NCBI RefSeq assembly: GCF_001194135.2
Contig: NC_068988.1
Span: 85,542,436-85,606,435, forward strand
Origin: Octopus bimaculoides
Taxonomy: Eukaryota
Length of the DNA stretch: 64,000 bases
Direction: 5' to 3'
Made by a program: the position numbers and the translations under genes. This document shows, one piece after another, positions 12,528-25,032 of the stretch (position 1 is the stretch's first letter; every line of letters begins with the position of its first letter). Below the pieces are notes generated by a model. The model was not told the origin of the DNA, made no database searches, and worked only from the letters and a program-made list of their open reading frames with translations.

Positions 12528-12958
12528 GAGTGAGAGAGCAGTGCATGCCATCAAAGTGACACTGGGGTAAAATATACGAAGCCCAGTATACCCATTATGA
12601 CTACCCATCTGATAAGGGTACACCAGGCACATGCATCACAACCATATGTGTGCGACATGGTGATCTCATATCAAGATAAACAGTGCATAACCTTGCGGGT
12701 GGGGCCCAGTTAGAATTTTCTTCAGGACGAGTAGCCCATCCCGCTCAAAAGGTCCCTGAATAAGGTTTGTTTAAGGATGTTCAGCAAAACACTCATGTTT
12801 CCAAATGTGAATTATTCAAACCCCAAAGAATTCCTCTCAACACATGGCTATGATGCTCCCCCACTACTTCTGCACGTGATCAGAGATGCACATATCGTCA
12901 GCCACCAAGGGACATGCTCAACTGATTAAGGTCAAAGCATGTACTGCTCTCTCACTCA
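12527..12958. mobile_element. Dispersed repeat with 22-bp terminal inverted repeat, between (ATT)n and (AAT)n
   Basis: TGAGTGAGAGAGCAGTGCATGC...GCATGTACTGCTCTCTCACTCA (1 mismatch); the body is the inverse of 45070-45480. Confidence 0.8.
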
Positions 12959-12973
12959 ATAATAATAATAATG

Positions 12974-13019
<46 letters not shown>

Positions 13020-13133
13020 TGATCACCACCACCACCACCATTTTGTCTATCACCTTGCTGATAATGCCAATTCATCTGCTTAGAAACATCAATAACAAAA
13101 ACAACAGTAGCAATAGAAATAAAAAAATATTGT

Positions 13134-13370
13134 TTCTTATTTCTTTATTGCCCACAAGAGGCTAAACACAGAGGGGACAAACAAGGACAGACAAAGGGAT
13201 TAAGTCGATTACATCGACCCCAGTGCGTAACTGGTACTTAATTTATCGAACCCGAAAGGATGAAAGGCAAAGTCGACCTCGGCGGAATTTGAACTCAGAA
13301 CGTAACGGCAGACGAAATACCGCTAAGCAGTTCGCCCGGCGTGCTAATGATTCTGCCAGCTCACCGCCTT
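13134..13370 (-). mobile_element. SINE family A, full length with Tx1-like tail
   Basis: TTTCTTTATTGCCCACAAGAGGCTAAACACAGAGGGGAC...GTCGACCTCGGCGGAATTTGAACTCAGAACG...TTCTGCCAGCTC. Confidence 0.92.
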
Positions 13371-13384
13371 ATAAAAAAAAATAT

Positions 13385-13812
13385 TGTTTCTGCCTAGGCA
13401 CAAAAGTTGAAACTTTTAGTGTGAAAGGAGTTAGTCGTTACCATCAACCGCGGCACATTACTGGTATATTATACCGACGACCCGCTACGTAGGTTAGCGC
13501 AACAAAGTATTGCAAAGCATGTTGTCAGATGCTTTAACGATTCTGTCAATCCATCGCCCTAGCATCGTCGTCATGATGACGATGATGATAATGATAATGG
13601 TTTCAGATTTTGGTACAAGGCCAGCAATTTCTGGGGAGGGTTAAGTCGATTAAATCGACCCAGCGCTCAGCTGGTGCTTATTTGATCGACCCCGAAAAGT
13701 TGAAAGGCAAGGTCGATTTCGGCAATATTTGAACTCTCAGAACGTGAAGATGGGCGAAATGCTGCTAAGCATTTTGCCCGGCGTGCTAAAGATTCTGACA
13801 ATCCACCGCTTT
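13385..13812 (-). mobile_element. Two further tandem SINE family A copies (second tail variant)
   Basis: GGCACAAAAG.. and GGTACAAGGCCAGCAATTT...ATTTGAACTCTCAGAACG...GGCGTGCTAAAGATTCTG in the same orientation. Confidence 0.8.
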
Positions 13813-14686
13813 AATGATGATGATGATGATAATAATAATAATAAAGCAGGGAAAGCGAATATTCCTACCATTTGGCAAATTTGTTTTTCGTTTATTTTCT
13901 GTCTTGTGTTTTTGTTATTGGTTTTTGTTGCCAAACTGTCTAATTATAAAGCTATCTTATTTATAACTAAAGTAAATGTCTTACATATATGAATGCCAAG
14001 AAATTTGAGTCGTTTGCGTATTCATGCTGAAGCGATGATGTTTTTGCTACAGGAATACCACTTCCCATAAATATATGTATTTATGTAAACATTAATATAG
14101 CTCAGGTCTTAAACAAGCGACAAGCGGCTCTTCATATTTGAGAGCTGCGTGCTATGCCAGAAAAACTTTTTCGAAATGCGTTGCGTTCATTTAACACCGT
14201 TCCTTATAGGACTACCAGACTCACCTGTTATTTGATACGAAAAGAGTTTGCAACTGGCGCCATCTATGTAAAAGAAACACACTGACATTATCACCATGGT
14301 GTAGGCTTCTCCATGCTCTCCTTGTAAAATTTTCCCGCTTTAAAAATCGGGGTCTCCTTTCTTGCAATGACATTTATAACAACGAATCAACAGAACCTCT
14401 AAGTGGTTGCAATACAGGTAGAAATAGCAGCTAAATCTGTCTCGAATTACATCATTACTGTCTTACATAAAAAGAAGACATTACATAATGTGGTCTTTGT
14501 TTCACTGTGCCTGGAGTAAAGGAAGGAATGATTACGGCAGGGCTGGTCTGAGGTTAGATAGTAACAGCAAAGGAATGAAACAAAAAAAAAAAAAAGAAAT
14601 CTCATCTACACTTGTACAATATAAACGATGTACCTGACACTGATCTGCATAGCAATAACAACAACAACGACGACGACGACGACGAC

Positions 14687-14719
<33 letters not shown>

Positions 14720-14721
<2 letters not shown>

Positions 14722-15400
14722 GGACATTTTATTGCCACAGGGATATCAGACGTAGGGGACATAACAAAGGCAATTTGTAATTTGTGTGGAAGTTTATATA
14801 AAAAGATGAAGGGGAGAAAAGAAAAGGGGTGGACTTGAGATTAAAAAAAAAACGTACACATAGTATACAAAATATTCAAACACATGTATGATGTTGTTTA
14901 CCTAATACAGGAGAACATCCATTTGGAGCCAATCAAGGAACTCACACAGATCCAAGGTCACTCTGACCACCAAAAGCGTATGACCACACCCAACTGTTGT
15001 TTGCCAATCTACAGGTGCATATTTAGAGTAGCTCCATTAAACCTAACTATTTTTGCCACAGTCACCAACCTTTTGACAAATTCGCTGGAGAAGATAGCTT
15101 TCTTCTCTATGCTCACTTTCCTTTCTAAGTAGAACTTGAAAAAGTAGATGAGGGCTTGACCAAATAGGAAGGTGTCTGTCTTTAATCCTTTTAGTTTCGT
15201 TCACCATATAACCTCTTTCGCTACAGCCACTAGATAGAGGAACACTTTCTGCCCCAAGGCAGGTGGTGAGACGATCTTAACTGATAACCGAATTCGTTCT
15301 ACACTTGACTACAGCTGTTCGACCTAACTCCACAAGCCATCAATCTTCGGGCACTCAATGAGAGCATGCAGTAAGACCATTGTTATATCACATTTGTTCG
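14720..15400 (-). mobile_element. L1/Tx1-clade LINE 3' end (zinc-knuckle end of ORF2 plus 3' UTR)
   Basis: Minus-strand translation LHALIECPKIDGLWS*VEQL*...LVAVAKEVIW*TKLKGLKTDTFLFGQALIYFFKFYLERK...FVKRLVTVAKIVRFNGATLNMHL*; AATAAAA then an (ATC)n tail. Confidence 0.8.
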
Positions 15401-15489
15401 TTCGCTTGCTTACGTGTACTTGGTGCAAATTCAGAAAGTACTGAGACTAGCAAATTCTAAATGTAATTAAAATATATTTACCAAATTTT

Positions 15490-15720
15490 GTGTATTTAAT
15501 AAACTGCTTGGATGTCCAGTACGGTACCCTGTTCTATTCAATGCATCATGTACTGTGAAAGAGAGGCTGTATTTCTTTTCTACGGGTGTCTAAAAGAACA
15601 TGCATGCTGTATGTATCTACTTTTAAATGTACGCCCTGTCAGGTTTCGTCTTTCAAACAACATTATAAATATAACTTTAGAAACAAGATTGCAGATATAT
15701 TCAGGAAAAAAGCAAAACAA
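15490..15720 (-). mobile_element. Penelope-like GIY-YIG fragment, inverted relative to the adjacent element
   Basis: LTGRTFKSRYIQHACSFRHP*KRNTASLSQY; similar to the plus-strand region 16840-16900. Confidence 0.75.
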
Positions 15721-15849
15721 AACAAATACAGGTAGTAAACATTTTAAGAGTGCTGTTATCGTAAAAAATTAATCCGGCTACGAATTTATTTTTATGGAAA
15801 CGTAGCTCCTCCGTAATCATCTTTATATAAACAAATAGGTAATAAATAC

Positions 15850-17150
15850 AATTTCACCAGGTTCGACAGCAAACTTACCCCAGTAAGTGATTTTGAAGCT
15901 AACATTATCATATACGTCAGGAAGTTTTCACAATTTGTTTACAACAGTGTTGGGTCAAATGTAATGATGACGAGGTATTTGATGTGGTTATGGGTTAATA
16001 AGATGGTGTGAAACTTGTGGGCAAGTGATATTTTATATTTTAAGCATTCTTTGGACAAAATTCCATCTCAAACATTCCTACTTTCACAGAGATGACGGCC
16101 AGGTAATTTCCCGCTACACGAACGACAATCAGCTTCATAAGCTTGGAAAAGACCGTATTAATACATCTAAAAAGTTTAGATTAAGAATAACTATTGCCAA
16201 CATTAATGTAGTAAATTTTTTTTAAATATTACATTAGACGTAAACACGTGTAATCATAGATATCACGAGAAACCAAATAAAAATTTGGTACACATTAGTA
16301 AGTCTGCCAGTCATATTTCAATAGTCTTGAAGAATTTAGTGAATAATATTAGCCGTCGTATTTCTCGTGTTTACTAAGCTGAAATGATTAACCGTGCATC
16401 ACCTATTATAACAAGTCCTTGAAATTCACAACATATATTGTATTTCTACGAGGAAATACAATATATGTCAGTTCATAACATGTTGCAAATCCATAAAATA
16501 CCGCGAAAGCGTATCATCAACTAGTTTATAGACTGGGAGTGGAATCCAAAAATCTCCTTGAGCCTAATACAGAGGCAGTTTCCAATAGGTTACAAGTGTC
16601 GGAAAACATGTGACAAGAACTCCAGGAAAGTTAGTTGTGGTTCTACTAACAATATGAAGTGTTTGATTCCTAACATAAACAGAAGATATTACAATAACAA
16701 CCTTTCGTTATCTGACCAACTTCAATGTAATTGTATCAACAACAACTCATGTCCACTTGACTACAAGCTTCATCAAAGAGTTGATATACTAAAGTGAAGT
16801 TGACAAACTAAATGAGAAAATATATTTTGGTTTAAAAGAACGTACCTTTAATAGCAGATTCACACAACACGCATGTTCTTTGAGGAAGCCGGAGTAAAAT
16901 AACCACCTCCCTTCGACTATACATCGGGAAATCGAAAGATTAAAATACCACAGACAGTAAGATATTGTAATAAATTGTAGAATTTGCCAAACTATATTCT
17001 GAGGATTTGAATTGTACTGCATATGTACCGGTGAAAAATTCTTCATACTGACATCTCCTTTCAACTTGTTGAATTCTAGGCATGAAATATCTTCGAAACG
17101 TAATCACCAAAATATGATTATTTTACGGAAGTTTATTCTACCTAGAGGTG
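15850..17150 (+). mobile_element. Penelope-like element, degenerate RT plus GIY-YIG endonuclease
   Basis: WVKCNDDEVFDVVMG**DG, HRDD at 16085-16096, ITIANINVVNFF, CNCINNNSCPL, KIYFGLKERTFNSRFTQH, CICTGEKFFIL...LLNSRHEISSKRNH, all in PLE order. Confidence 0.9.
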
Positions 17151-17769
17151 AAATATATTGCAATTTTATAGGTGGAATTTCTTTGAAATTATTTTTCCTT
17201 TTCTTTTTCCAAGCTCTTTGAAGTTTTATAAATATCTTTTCTTGTGAGTTCTCTTTTCTAACCTACATGTTGAATCAAAAGCTCTCTAGTAGCTAAGTGT
17301 TTTTCAAAGATATATCACAGAAGGATGAAAACTATTAATAAGTCGGCTTCTTTTTTTTTTCTCTCATAACTGGAAAAAAAAAACCACTCGAATCTGGCTA
17401 CTGAATCTTGTATATCTTTTTATATTATTAATATTTTATGTTATTTTATTTATTGAAGCACAGATCAGTAGTTTTCCCAGCACTATCAATATATGTCTCT
17501 ATCTTGCCATTTTGCTTGGTTTCCCTTCTCTTCGTCTGTATATTACTGTAACTTATTTTCTGTTTCTTCTTTTTTCAGATACTTCTTTCTCTTCCCTAAA
17601 TTTTTCTCACTTTATTCAGCCAATTACTTACATAACCTTGCGTTTTCTTATTCGCTTTCTCCCTTCTCCCTAATAAGCATACCCTTTTTCAATGTTTACT
17701 TCTTTCATGCTTCTTTCTCATTTCATTCAGTCAGTTCTCTATCCCCTCCCTCATTCATATATATATATA

Positions 17770-17809
<40 letters not shown>

Positions 17810-17989
17810 TATGTGTGTGTGTGTGCGTGGTGGAGTATATGTATACATGTATGTATGTATCATCATCATCATCATCATCCTTCTCTTTACTCCCTATTTC
17901 ATTCTATCTTCTTCAGCCTATGCCTTGGTGTCTGACAGTTTTCTTACTCAACCATTAATATCTAAATATCTTCTCAACCGTTAAATATT

Positions 17990-18950
17990 CCTAAATGTTA
18001 GAATCTTAGGATATATAGGCCTTGTTTTGACCACTTTTACAAAATACAACGTTGTGAATAGGAAGAGGTAGATGTAGTAGTTGTGCATGTCCGTAGGGAT
18101 GGACACAATATGGGTGACAAAAGGAAAAGAGACAGGCGTGTTGGAGTGCCTACGCATGGAGGTGACAGAAGACCAGTTGCTATTGTAGTACAAAAAAAAA
18201 AAAGACAAGGTCAAAGAAAGAAATCATATCTATTGGTCAGAGATTAGTGTGATACAGCGAGTTATCTGATGGTAATCAATCAAGTGGATTTTCTTTCACT
18301 GCCGTCTAGGGTGGCTGAGTATATAACACTAAAACCACCATCCAGTATATGAGAACAATACCCTATTGTGGATCTCACCTGTGTCTTGTCGAGAGAGAAT
18401 TAGCAGATGTTAGAGGAAGGAATATGTTCTGGCTTTAAAGAGGTGTTCTGTCTTTGTGGTGAGTCTTTGCTGTGCTGAGGATGCGCGTTTGCCAAGGGGA
18501 AAATTCAGAGATGGGGGGACCTAAGGGTTGTAGCGATAATAAAACCTCTTTTTGCGTATCATTCTTATTAGAAGGTGGAATTCGATAATTTTTTCTTGAT
18601 ATGCATAGTGATTGTGTATTTGTGCTGTTGAAGGGAGACGAGATCAGAATGGTTCCATAGGAAGATGCTTTTCGGTGTCTCTGTTCATAGAGTCAGTGCA
18701 GGTCTGGCTTCAGATAACAAGCTTACATATAGACTGCGTGTGCAATATTACAAAGTAATGAAGGGTGATATCATTTTTTAAGACTGGGATCAATGAAGGT
18801 GACAACGGGTAATCCGTTGATGTACAGGAGAAAGAGTGTGGCAGACAAAACTGAACTTAGTGGGCACACCATATTTTACAGCGTACTGGTTAGTGAATAA
18901 CCTCCACCAACACACGTTGTGACGGTGCAATTTAATAGGGGCCCATCGGT
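17990..18950 (-). mobile_element. L2/CR1-group LINE RT C-terminal fragment
   Basis: GVP (~18865), SATLFLLYINGLP (~18810-18845), KTQVRSTIGYCSHILDGG (~18340-18390) on the minus strand. Confidence 0.75.
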
Positions 18951-19042
18951 CAAAGACGCGAGACGAGTGGTGCCCATAGGCGAGCTGCTTTACAAAATAA
19001 TTTGCGAATCATACATCGCAGAAAGTTTTAATAGTGTCGAAG

Positions 19043-19092
19043 GTAGCAGCATTTCATCACTTTGTAGCAGCATTTCATCACTTTGTAGCAGC
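19043..19092. repeat. 21-bp tandem repeat x2.4
   Basis: GTAGCAGCATTTCATCACTTT repeated. Confidence 0.95.
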
Positions 19093-20750
19093 ACCAAGAA
19101 TTTTAATTAAAAGTTAAGTTATATTTATTGTACGCATGCCACATTTTATATTACCCAATGTGGCAAAAATATACTTCCAAAATTATCTGTAACATGACAG
19201 ATAACAGTCTAGTTAAGTACTGTAATAGTTATTATTAATACGAAATAAATTCAAATGTTGAATAATTATGGAGAAGAGAAGTTAATTTTGAGTTTCGATA
19301 TTCTGAGTCAAACATTAGTAATATACTACATAACTAATATATAAGGTTTAATATTAGTTTTATACTAAATTGACAGAATAGCAGAGAGATAAATGTAGAA
19401 ATTTAATGTAACTCTTATAGATGGATATGCTGTTGAGCCATCTAATGTGACTCTACTCTGTCATTTGACAGGAACATGGTATAAAGAAATACATGGAACA
19501 AGATGGTAACTTTAAATGTCTTTAATGCCGGCCACACGTATATATATAGACAAGTTGAATGATAAATGGAAGTGGTTGATGGACATTTATTCATATATCT
19601 ACATGGATCTGCGTGGGTTGTATGTTTGCTGTTAACCCTGGTGAGGAACTCATGAACAGCGATATATTAGAACTTGTGCAGTGGTGTAGGTGCTGTGTAG
19701 ATGTTGTTGAGGACGTTATGGAGAGACATGATGGTGACAACGAAGATGGATGTCGCTGTAATGTGGTCAGTGGTTAGACCTTAGAAGGTCTGGAACCATC
19801 AGACTCTAATAATAGGAGGCGGTGAGCTTTTATAGCCAACGGCAGCTTCAAATGGAGTTTAGAACAGACTGTCTCACGTGATTCATTTGGAGGTTGCGAT
19901 TGGTTGGGTTGCATATTGGCGCATGATAGAGTAAGAGACAAATCAGACTGGTAGACACAACGGGGTCCAAAACAGCGCCCAGTGGTTAGCTGTTATCTGC
20001 TACGTTCGTATGTATGTATATATAATAGAGAAAGTTCACTACACTCTTTTGGTTGAAATCGTTACTTTATTCTCTAGTGAACATTTTAAAATATCGAATT
20101 TAGCTTGAAATAATCAGATCTTTATTGTAAAGATGCGATAATCAAATTTAGCTTTAAATCTTACTGCAAAGTTTAGAAATTTAAAAGAAATCAAAGCGAG
20201 TAACTTCGGGCTTCTATAGTAGTAAGTTCTGATATAGTGAGTATGGTAAGTGGATGTCAGCATAAGTAAGGCGTGGAACTTAAGAAAAAGCTGCTCGAGT
20301 ATAAATAATAAACAGCGAAAGAAAAAAATTAGTTGATGACTAACATTATTCTCTTTTGTTTTACTGACAAATATGAACGCTATCGGTGTAAATGTAGTTT
20401 CGGCGTAACACGTGGAAGTGGCAGTGAAAGAAATTGCTTAGGAAATATATAGAAATGTATTTACGTTGGATTAAAAAAATAGAATTGTTTGGAAATTAAA
20501 TAATTCTGAGACGCCAGTTGCCTGATAAACAATAGGTAAGTAGGTTTCGGCATATCTAATCCGTGGAGCATTATGAAACAAAAATAGAATAATAGATGAA
20601 TGGCTGGAAGTTTTCTCGGTAGTAACTTCCAGCTTGGAAAAAAAATCAGTGAAAAGTAAGCGGGAATCTACTGTTGACGAAAAGGAAGGCGAAGCAATCA
20701 TTATATACATTTATATATATATATATTACTCTATAACGAATCAACACACG

Positions 20751-20872
<122 letters not shown>

Positions 20873-20937
20873 CTCTCTCTGTTTCTGTTATTCTCTCTCA
20901 TCTCTATATATATACATATGTACACATATATGCATAC

Positions 20938-21168
20938 AAGTCGGCGAGCTGGCAGAAACGTTAGCGCGCCGGGCGAAATGCTTAGCGGTATTTCGTCTAC
21001 CGCTACGTTCTGAGTTCAAATTCCGCCGAGGTCGACTCTGCTTTCATCTTTTCGGGGTCGATTAAATATGTACCAGTTACGCACTGGGTCGGTATAATCG
21101 ACTTAATCCGTTTGTCTGTCCTTGTTTGTCCCCTCTGTGCGTAGCCCCTTGTGGGTAGTAAAGAGATA
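20938..21168 (+). mobile_element. SINE family A, full length with 16-bp TSD
   Basis: Head GGCGAGCTGGCAGAAACGTTAG, B-box GAGTTCAAATT; ACACATATATGCATAC at 20922-20937 and 21169-21184. Confidence 0.93.
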
Positions 21169-21249
21169 ACACATATATGCATACGTACTTATATATGGTT
21201 TTATTTACAAACGAAAGGAATATAGAATTTATTTTTATTAAGATTCAAT

Positions 21250-22850
21250 TCATGATTACTCAGAGTTATTTACTCAGAGTTTCGCATTACGTGCGCTCAT
21301 TCAGGCAACTATGAACTCAAATTAAATGAACTGTGAAGAAATATGTTGAATAGCACACTGATTAAGCAGATTTTTTTTAGTGGACAGTGTTCAGGTGGTA
21401 ACCTGTTTTGAAGTCTTTCAGATTATTACAGCTGTCGGTTTTAGCTACGGTTGTGTAGAAGAGAGCTCTCAGATTTAACATGTGGGTTTTAACATTGTCG
21501 GGGACAGCTACTTAATGAGGATTATAGTGTGTCGGCTTTGATGACTAAGAAAGTTCAACGGATACTTCGGTCGGATGGAAATTCTCTATCCGGGACGACA
21601 AATGTATGGTAACTTGGAGCTTTTATTAAGTTATAGGCTTCATTTTATTATATGGCATAGCTCTGTCCACGACAGTGCCCGTTATTGTAGTATATTATCT
21701 GTCGTGCCTTAATTTCCAAGTAAATTTGAACAAGATAGTGGAATTCCCCTTGTCTCTCAACTTAAATGTGTTTGAATGCAAGTTATATTAGCTTTTAAAG
21801 GTGTCTGCTGTTGATCCCGCGCAAATCCTTTCATTATTGCCCGAGTGAGTTATGGCCGCTTTATATGGTACCACTGTGGAGAAACACGACTCTAAATAGG
21901 TAGATTAAAGGATTTCTCTAGTTACAAGTTGGTTGTTTGTTTAGAGATGTCTGGATGTATACCGGGGTGGGAAACGTCTTAAGTGTCACGTGATATCGAG
22001 AAAACAATGTTGTCCAAAAAAATGTATTGCTGTTAAAAAGTTGTATCTGTGCGTGTGGAAGAACCGTTGCTTTACAGAAATTGAACCAAATTACCTTCCA
22101 CTTGTTGGTTCTGTTGCTGATGTGTATACATGTATGTGTAAGTGAGTGGGGGGGGATATTTTGTAGACAAGTCTCTTGATAAAGCCATTCCATCCTAGTG
22201 TGTCGTTGTAATAGAGGATGGGCCAGTTCAAAATGTCCGAGAATAAGTCTCAATCTCTTCTACTAAAACTGCCCACAAGATTCTTTCATGAGGCTGAGGA
22301 GTAAGAGTGGAATTCTTGTGTTTGTATGCGGTTTTCATCGCTTGGATTTTCTGAAGCAGTGATTGCTTCTGGTTAAATGCAGAGTAATGTCTAAAACGTT
22401 AACTATCAATGGGTTGGAGTTAATTATAATATTCAAATGATTTTCTATTAATATCAGGACTTTTCTAAATTTATTCATAGCGTAGTTGTCTATGTGGAGT
22501 AAACTGCCTCACCCTTTGCCTTTGCACAGGCAGCAGCTCTTGAGTGTGTGTAAAATGAACAGTCCAGTGAGAACGAGCACTTTTATTCCGTTGTTGCTAC
22601 TCAGGATGTTGATCAATGAGTCACCCTCCTTTTTGACTTAGCAGAAATCGACTACTCTTTCCATCATCGAAATAACTAAAGCCAGCAACAACATTTATCT
22701 ATAAAGCTGCAAAATAAGCTATTACCTAACCGTTTTCGATAATAAAAAATTGGTTTAACCAGGATTCTGCGGACACTTCTGCGGACACTTCTTTCCTTTC
22801 ATTTCTTTTAAATTTTCCTGAACGAGTGAACGTAGCGCGAAACTCTGAAT
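21250..22850 (-). mobile_element. Penelope-like element, degenerate, with inverted terminal (pLTR-like) segments
   Basis: YFDD at 22663-22674, KWKVIWFNF (~22085), VVPYKAAITHSGNNERICAGSTADTFKS*YNLH (GIY-YIG, ~21780-21880); related hammerhead-like motifs at 21272-21304 (-) and 22818-22848 (+). Confidence 0.85.
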
Positions 22851-24339
22851 TTCAACAGCGTTTAATAATCACCTGATCCCTCAAATTCGTATGTATGTAT
22901 GTATGTATGTGTGTAGTGCACAGTAGATTTTGAGCCGTGCACCATTCACTCAAGTGTGACCGAATAGTAATAGAATGAATAATGTCATTTCTCACTTGGA
23001 TACACAGCCTCAGATTTAGAGGTGTGATGCAGTTAATTAAATCTTCTTAATACTTAGCTGGTTCTTTATTGTATCAACTTCAAAAAGATAAAAAGGAAAA
23101 TTGGTCATTATGGAATTTGAACTTACAGAATAAAGCTACGTAAGCAACTATCGCAAGATATTTAATCCACCGTTGCCATCAATTTATCAATGCCAACTCA
23201 CTCCTCGTTGCTACTAACGACACTCAATCACTCACCATTTTCAGATACACTCTATAACCGCAGACTTGCAGATCCGCTGTTTCTTTTGTCTGTTGCTTTT
23301 ACTGAAGCCACAAAAGGTTTTGCAGATCTGAATTACTGAACAGCAGTATATCTTTTCGAAGGCCTATCCAGTGTATTCATTTCTTCTGCTCTCTTGATCC
23401 TGATTACATTCATCACCACATCTAAGAATAATGTATCTACGACTACATTATCCAAAGTAACTTTTTATTAAATCGGCAGGGCTATTTCTAGCAAGGCAAG
23501 CCACCACTAAGAGGTTCCCACGTTGGTTCGTACGTATTATTCGAGCTAAAGTTGATTTGTTTAAAGAATTAATCACTGTACATCATATTGAAATCGTTCT
23601 TATTTGAAATTAATCGATATAAATACCGCCAGTTCATTAAAAACCTTAATCTAACCACTGGAGGGGAATAGAAATAATAATAATAATAATAATAATAATA
23701 AACACAAGAGATTTATTCTCATGACATTCTACTCATAGTTAAATTGTCAGGTCTCTGGAGAACATCGCTTTTGTATCAAACGTTTACCCGTTGGGAATTT
23801 TAATTCCAACTCTTCTACAATGTCAGATATTTTATAAATGAATGAAACAAACAAACGAACGGTGAAATAGAAGACACAATCTGTCATGTAGTTAATTACG
23901 TTCCCCTGACGTTGTGTGTTCAAAATCATGTTACTGTGATCGAAATTTCCTTCTAGTTCCCCGGCATTGATAAATACAATACCAATCGTACATACACATA
24001 TAGATTTTACAGTCGAATCGATGCGACTTACAGAATATAACTGGTATATGTTTTGTTGAAAGTGGAAGGATAACAGGCAACGTCGACCTAGTTGAGAACG
24101 AAATTAAATACTGTTAGATATATTTTTTCTCTGACTCTCTGGCGCTCTGCCGAGTCTGCTATCAACCCATCCTTAATGGTAGGCACAAGGTTAAACTTTT
24201 TGGCTTACAGTCTATTCATTAGACACAACTTGACTTATCCGCCCGCGAGATAAAGGGACATAACTAAATACACTGTAGCAGCAAAACTTTTAATCCAGCA
24301 GTCTACAGTTTCTATCGTCCAATTTGATAATTTCTAACA

Positions 24340-24530
24340 TTGGCGGAAAACCAGAAGTTTTTGAGGGGTGGGTGTTAGTCGGTACCATTGAACCCAGTTA
24401 TCGACTGGTACTTTATTTTATCTACCTCAGAGAGATGAAAGGTAAAGTTGACTCCAACAGGATTTGCAGTCAGAACGTGGAAGCTCAAATATTCTTCCCG
24501 GGCCATACGCTCATAAGGTCGATTTCTCGG
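24340..24530 (-). mobile_element. SINE family A, degenerate
   Basis: CTGGTACTTTATTTTATCTACCTCAGAGAGATGAAAGGTAAAGTTGAC...GATTTGCAGTCAGAACG. Confidence 0.7.
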
Positions 24531-24569
24531 ATTCTGTGACGTGCATAATTTCCCTCCTGAACGGGACGC

Positions 24570-24725
24570 AGTCATTGCAGGATTACTCAGTTTTGCCAGC
24601 TGAGTGGACTGGAGTGATGTGAAACGAAGTGTTTTGCTCAAGAACACAACATATCCCCCGGTCCAGAAATCGAAACCATAATCTTATGATCATGAGTGCA
24701 ACACCCTAACCACTAAGCCACGAAG
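24570..24725 (-). mobile_element. SINE family D head and central domain
   Basis: CAGCTGAGTGGACTGGAG...GTGTTTTGCTCAAGAACACAAC...ACCCTAACCACTAAGCCACG. Confidence 0.85.
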
Positions 24726-25032
24726 CTCAAAGCGTAGAACACAGACAGCCAGATGAAATTCCGGTGCTTTGTTATTCTGCTTGTTCAAGCAAACCAAAAC
24801 CATAGATTCGTAAGCGGGTAGCCCAGTGGACTAAATCAAGATTAATGTTTCATATAAACACCGGAAGGCAACAAGTTGGTAGAATTGTTGAAGAATTGTA
24901 AGTTCAAATCCTGTCGGGGTCAACTGAGTTTTATCTTCCGGGTTTGCTAAAAAAAAGTAACTGTCATGTATTGGGGTTGAAAGTATCGACTAACCCCAGC
25001 TCCTTAAAATTACTGGTTATGTGTCTAAATTA

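Noticed and set aside
20365-20450. EGF-like peptide YRCKCSFGVTRGSGSERNC
   Set aside because: No usable acceptor or donor brackets it, and it is too short to be significant.
20938-21030. tRNA gene calls at A/B-box sites
   Set aside because: The heads continue into SINE bodies, lack a clean cloverleaf and have no oligo-T terminator.
23235-23430. Cadherin-like VKATD or RTE-like peptide before a GTGAGT donor
   Set aside because: All three frames contain stops between the candidate splice sites.
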